Positions 61,282-64,000 of a DNA stretch of 64,000 bases are shown one piece after another (the first letter of the stretch is position 1; each line of letters opens with the position of its first letter). The stretch covers positions 1 through 64,000 of the forward strand of contig CAVUKB010000005.1 of the NCBI GenBank assembly GCA_963741955.1, read 5' to 3'. The notes under the pieces are model-generated. The model saw nothing but the letters and a program-made list of their open reading frames with translations, made no database searches and was not told the DNA's origin. Origin of the DNA: an uncultured Acidobacteriota bacterium. GTDB taxonomy: Bacteria > Acidobacteriota > Thermoanaerobaculia > Gp7-AA8. A program made the position numbers and the translations under genes.

Positions 61282-62872
61282 GAGTCTGCGCGATAGGACG
61301 TAAGTTCGGCGCTTCCTGATGATCTCGGGTGACGTCCGCTCGCGAGCGGCAGAACCGGGCCATCGAAGCGCCTTGGGGTTGATGGAGCCGTTCTCGGGGA
61401 GGTGGCAGCGCGAAACACTTGCTCGGCGGGACTTTTCGGGGTTGGATACTGCTCTGCCGGGGCTATTCGACCGCAACCAGAGCGCTCATTCGCTTCAGAT
61501 TGATCACCAGGCACACCAGAGCCCATTCGCCGGCAACTTTGCGCGTCCCGCGGAGACTGAATCGTCGAAAGCCGAGAACGTTTTTGACCCAGCCAAACAC
61601 CGGCTCAACGATCGCCTTTCGCCGGCGATAGACCGCCTTGCCTGCAGGTGAGTCCAACTTCTGCTTCATCCGCAGAGTAGCGGGGAGCGTCGTCTCAGCT
61701 GCGGTTTCTTTGCCTTCTCGTCCGAGAGAAACATACGCATCGATCTTCTTCTCCTCCAACTCGATGAACGAGCTTTCCGACTTGTAACCGGTGTCGGCAA
61801 CAACCTGGTCGGGGCTTGTTTCGCAATTCTGTTCGACCACCTCGACCAAAGGCACGAGTGATCCGCTGTCCGCCGCAGATTGTGTGATCTCGAATCCGAC
61901 GATGAGTTGGTTATCGGCATCGACTGCGATCTGCGCGTTGTAGCACTGCTGAAATCCTTCCTGGGACTTCATGATTCGGCTCTCGGAATCGGTGAAGTTC
62001 TCTTGCGCTTTGTCCTCAGGTACGCCGAACTTCCGTTTGAATGGCTTACCCTTCTTCCTGGCCGGATCATCGTCGCCTTCGGAGCGACCAGCCTTCGTGT
62101 CCAGTTCCCGCTGTCGCTGTTCGAGTCGCTCTCGTGCATCTCTGATCTTTCGGATGCGTGTTTCCCGGCGCTGGAGCTCTTCGGGCAACTCATCCCCGCG
62201 TCGATCAACCCCGTACTCGGCATCCTCCCGGGCATCCTCTTCCGCCGCTGTGGCCAAAATCTCCGCGATCTCCTTCTCGAGCTTCGCTTCTTCCTTCTTC
62301 ATCCGATCGTAGCTCATCGCCTTGTGCTTGCTGGCATTCGCTCGCACCTTCGACCCGTCGATTGCGATCCTCCCGAGCGTAACTAACCCTGCCTCCTGAG
62401 CGGTCCGAATGATCTGGACCAGCAATGAGCTGAATGCGTCCACGTTTTCAAGCCGAAAGTCGCAGATGGTCCGATGCGATGGAAAGTTCCCGGCTGCAAG
62501 ATACCGGACGGCGATATCTTCATCGATCCGCCGGGCAATCTTGCGCGAGGAGAACGTTCCCGTCAGGTACGAATAGGTGATCAACTTGAGCATCATCCTC
62601 GGCTCGTAGGGCTGCTTCCGCCTGCCGTCGCCCTTGTACCGCTCGTAGAATGCACTCAGATCAAGCTGATCGATCATGTCGGAAACGAAGTGCGCCAAGT
62701 GACCCTCAGGGAGCCACTCGTATGGCGAGGGCGGAAGCAGCAGCGACTGCTCCGGTCGGTATGGCCTATACGTGGTCGGCATGACCTAATCTTAACATAT
62801 TATCGTTACTACTAACCATTCACCTTTTATCATGCCGATTTGCCGCGAACCGGGTTTCTACCGCGCAGACTC
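61282..62872 (-). mobile_element. IS1182-family insertion sequence
   Basis: TIRs GAGTCTGCGCG(A/G)TAG; CTAG at 61278-61281 and 62873-62876; lower GC. Confidence 0.9.
61463..62782 (-). CDS. IS1182-family DDE transposase
   Basis: Y.PRMMLK...Y.Y..G..SSRKI, IDGSK..ANAS, TD.ESRIM, YNAQ, ADTGY, RK.IVEPVFG. Confidence 0.93.
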   Translation of the reverse strand: MPTTYRPYRPEQSLLLPPSPYEWLPEGHLAHFVSDMIDQLDLSAFYERYKGDGRRKQPYEPRMMLKLITYSYLTGTFSSRKIARRIDEDIAVRYLAAGNFPSHRTICDFRLENVDAFSSLLVQIIRTAQEAGLVTLGRIAIDGSKVRANASKHKAMSYDRMKKEEAKLEKEIAEILATAAEEDAREDAEYGVDRRGDELPEELQRRETRIRKIRDARERLEQRQRELDTKAGRSEGDDDPARKKGKPFKRKFGVPEDKAQENFTDSESRIMKSQEGFQQCYNAQIAVDADNQLIVGFEITQSAADSGSLVPLVEVVEQNCETSPDQVVADTGYKSESSFIELEEKKIDAYVSLGREGKETAAETTLPATLRMKQKLDSPAGKAVYRRRKAIVEPVFGWVKNVLGFRRFSLRGTRKVAGEWALVCLVINLKRMSALVAVE

Positions 62873-62955
62873 CTAGCGCTCCTGTTCCCGGCAGTTTCCG
62901 GAACCGCCGATATCCATTTTCGACTGGCTCATCCTTTGCTTTCTCGTCCTTGATC

Positions 62956-64000
62956 ATGACCGCCGTTATGGGGTCAATGCTCCTGGTCGAGGACGATCCG
63001 GGAGACGCGACTCTCATTCGCTCGATGCTGCGACGCGCAGATCCCCGGGATCTGCACATCGACTGGGTCTCGCGTCTCGACGACGGGATCAAGGCGCTCG
63101 GAGATCGGCTGGTCACGGAAGTTCTCCTCGACTTGAACCTTCCCGACTCGCGGGGTCTAGCCACACTCGAAGCCATTCGGAGGGCGAGTCCGGACGTCCC
63201 GATCATCATCCTCACCGGGATGGACGATCAGGCAATGGGAGCCGCCGCGATCGAGATGGGCGCGGATGACTACCTGGTCAAAGGGAGGGTCGACGCGGAA
63301 GCGCTCCGGCGTTCCCTCCTCTACTCGGCCGAGCGGCGCCGTGCCGAAAGGCGCTTCCGCACAGTCGTCGATCAGGCGCCGGTGGGAATCGCGATTCTGC
63401 GAGGAGGGAAACTCGAATACGCGAACCTCTCGTTGCGCAACATGATCGGGTACTCCCAGACAGAGCTCGAGGAACTGCAATCGATCGCCGAACTGATCGT
63501 GCCGGAGGAGCGAGATCATGCCCGCCGTCTGTTCCATGCCGATGCTCCGATGTCCGGAGGGGCAGAGCGAGTGGAGACCAGGATCCTGACCGCCGACGGG
63601 CGCGTTCTCGACGTCGAGATCCATCGGGTGAGCATCGAGCTGGGAGCGGAGTCTGCGGTCGTCGGATTCGTACTGGATCGGACAGAGGAGAAGCATGCGA
63701 CCGAGGTTCGCGCGCTTCTTGCGTCGATCGTCGAATCGAGCGGCGATGCCATCGTCGGGAAGACGCCGGACGGCGTCATTTGGGCCTGGAATCAGAGCGC
63801 CGAGCGGATCTTCGGCTACACCGCAGAAGAGGCGATCGGGCAGAACATCGCGATGCTGATCCCCCCCGATCGCGCCGACGAGTACCGACAGGTCGAGGAA
63901 AGTCTTTCCCATGGAGACCGGATCGAAAACCTGATCACGCAAAGGATCCGAAAGGACGGCACGATTGCACAGATCTCCGTGACGATCTCTCCGCTCATCA
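62956..64000 (+). CDS. Receiver plus PAS-domain signalling protein (3' truncated)
   Basis: LLVEDD, LLDLNLPDSRG, ILTG, GADDYLVKG; PAS SGDAIVGK..DG..WN..AERIFGY; open to window end. Confidence 0.9.
   Translation, partial: MTAVMGSMLLVEDDPGDATLIRSMLRRADPRDLHIDWVSRLDDGIKALGDRLVTEVLLDLNLPDSRGLATLEAIRRASPDVPIIILTGMDDQAMGAAAIEMGADDYLVKGRVDAEALRRSLLYSAERRRAERRFRTVVDQAPVGIAILRGGKLEYANLSLRNMIGYSQTELEELQSIAELIVPEERDHARRLFHADAPMSGGAERVETRILTADGRVLDVEIHRVSIELGAESAVVGFVLDRTEEKHATEVRALLASIVESSGDAIVGKTPDGVIWAWNQSAERIFGYTAEEAIGQNIAMLIPPDRADEYRQVEESLSHGDRIENLITQRIRKDGTIAQISVTISPLI

Overview
High-GC bacterial chromosomal window; gene order and content suggest Acidobacteriota (inference only). 1-6400 is the right-hand end of a prophage-like element: a frameshifted SMC/RecF-like ATPase, nuclease and Zn-finger genes, DUF3846 and many small overlapping ORFs, abutting the 3' end of a tRNA-Arg(CCT). 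The rest is mostly housekeeping: ykuD-type LDT, ubiB-like kinase, metK, kdsB-pyrG-kdsA, aroF-pyk, lon-PASTA-rpe-bamD-cpoB-def, corC-era, spmAB, lysA, tandem-domain thyX, ECF sigma, tRNA-Val, rlmI and two divergent GspE/PilB ATPases. The unusual content is non-coding: (i) a ~190-bp multi-hairpin REPIN-like unit in tandem arrays at three loci, with compensatory stem changes; (ii) two head-to-head arrays (15x86 bp, 4x87 bp) sharing an inverted 13-mer; (iii) an IS1182-family element, two 159-bp MITEs of it flanking a glycosyltransferase, and a second MITE family, stacked at CTAG sites; (iv) a mirrored candidate ECF promoter pair; (v) several candidate structured RNAs; (vi) recurrent -10/N6/ATG leaderless starts. 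No CRISPR array or recognisable defence system was found. All calls come from reading the sequence; no searches were run.
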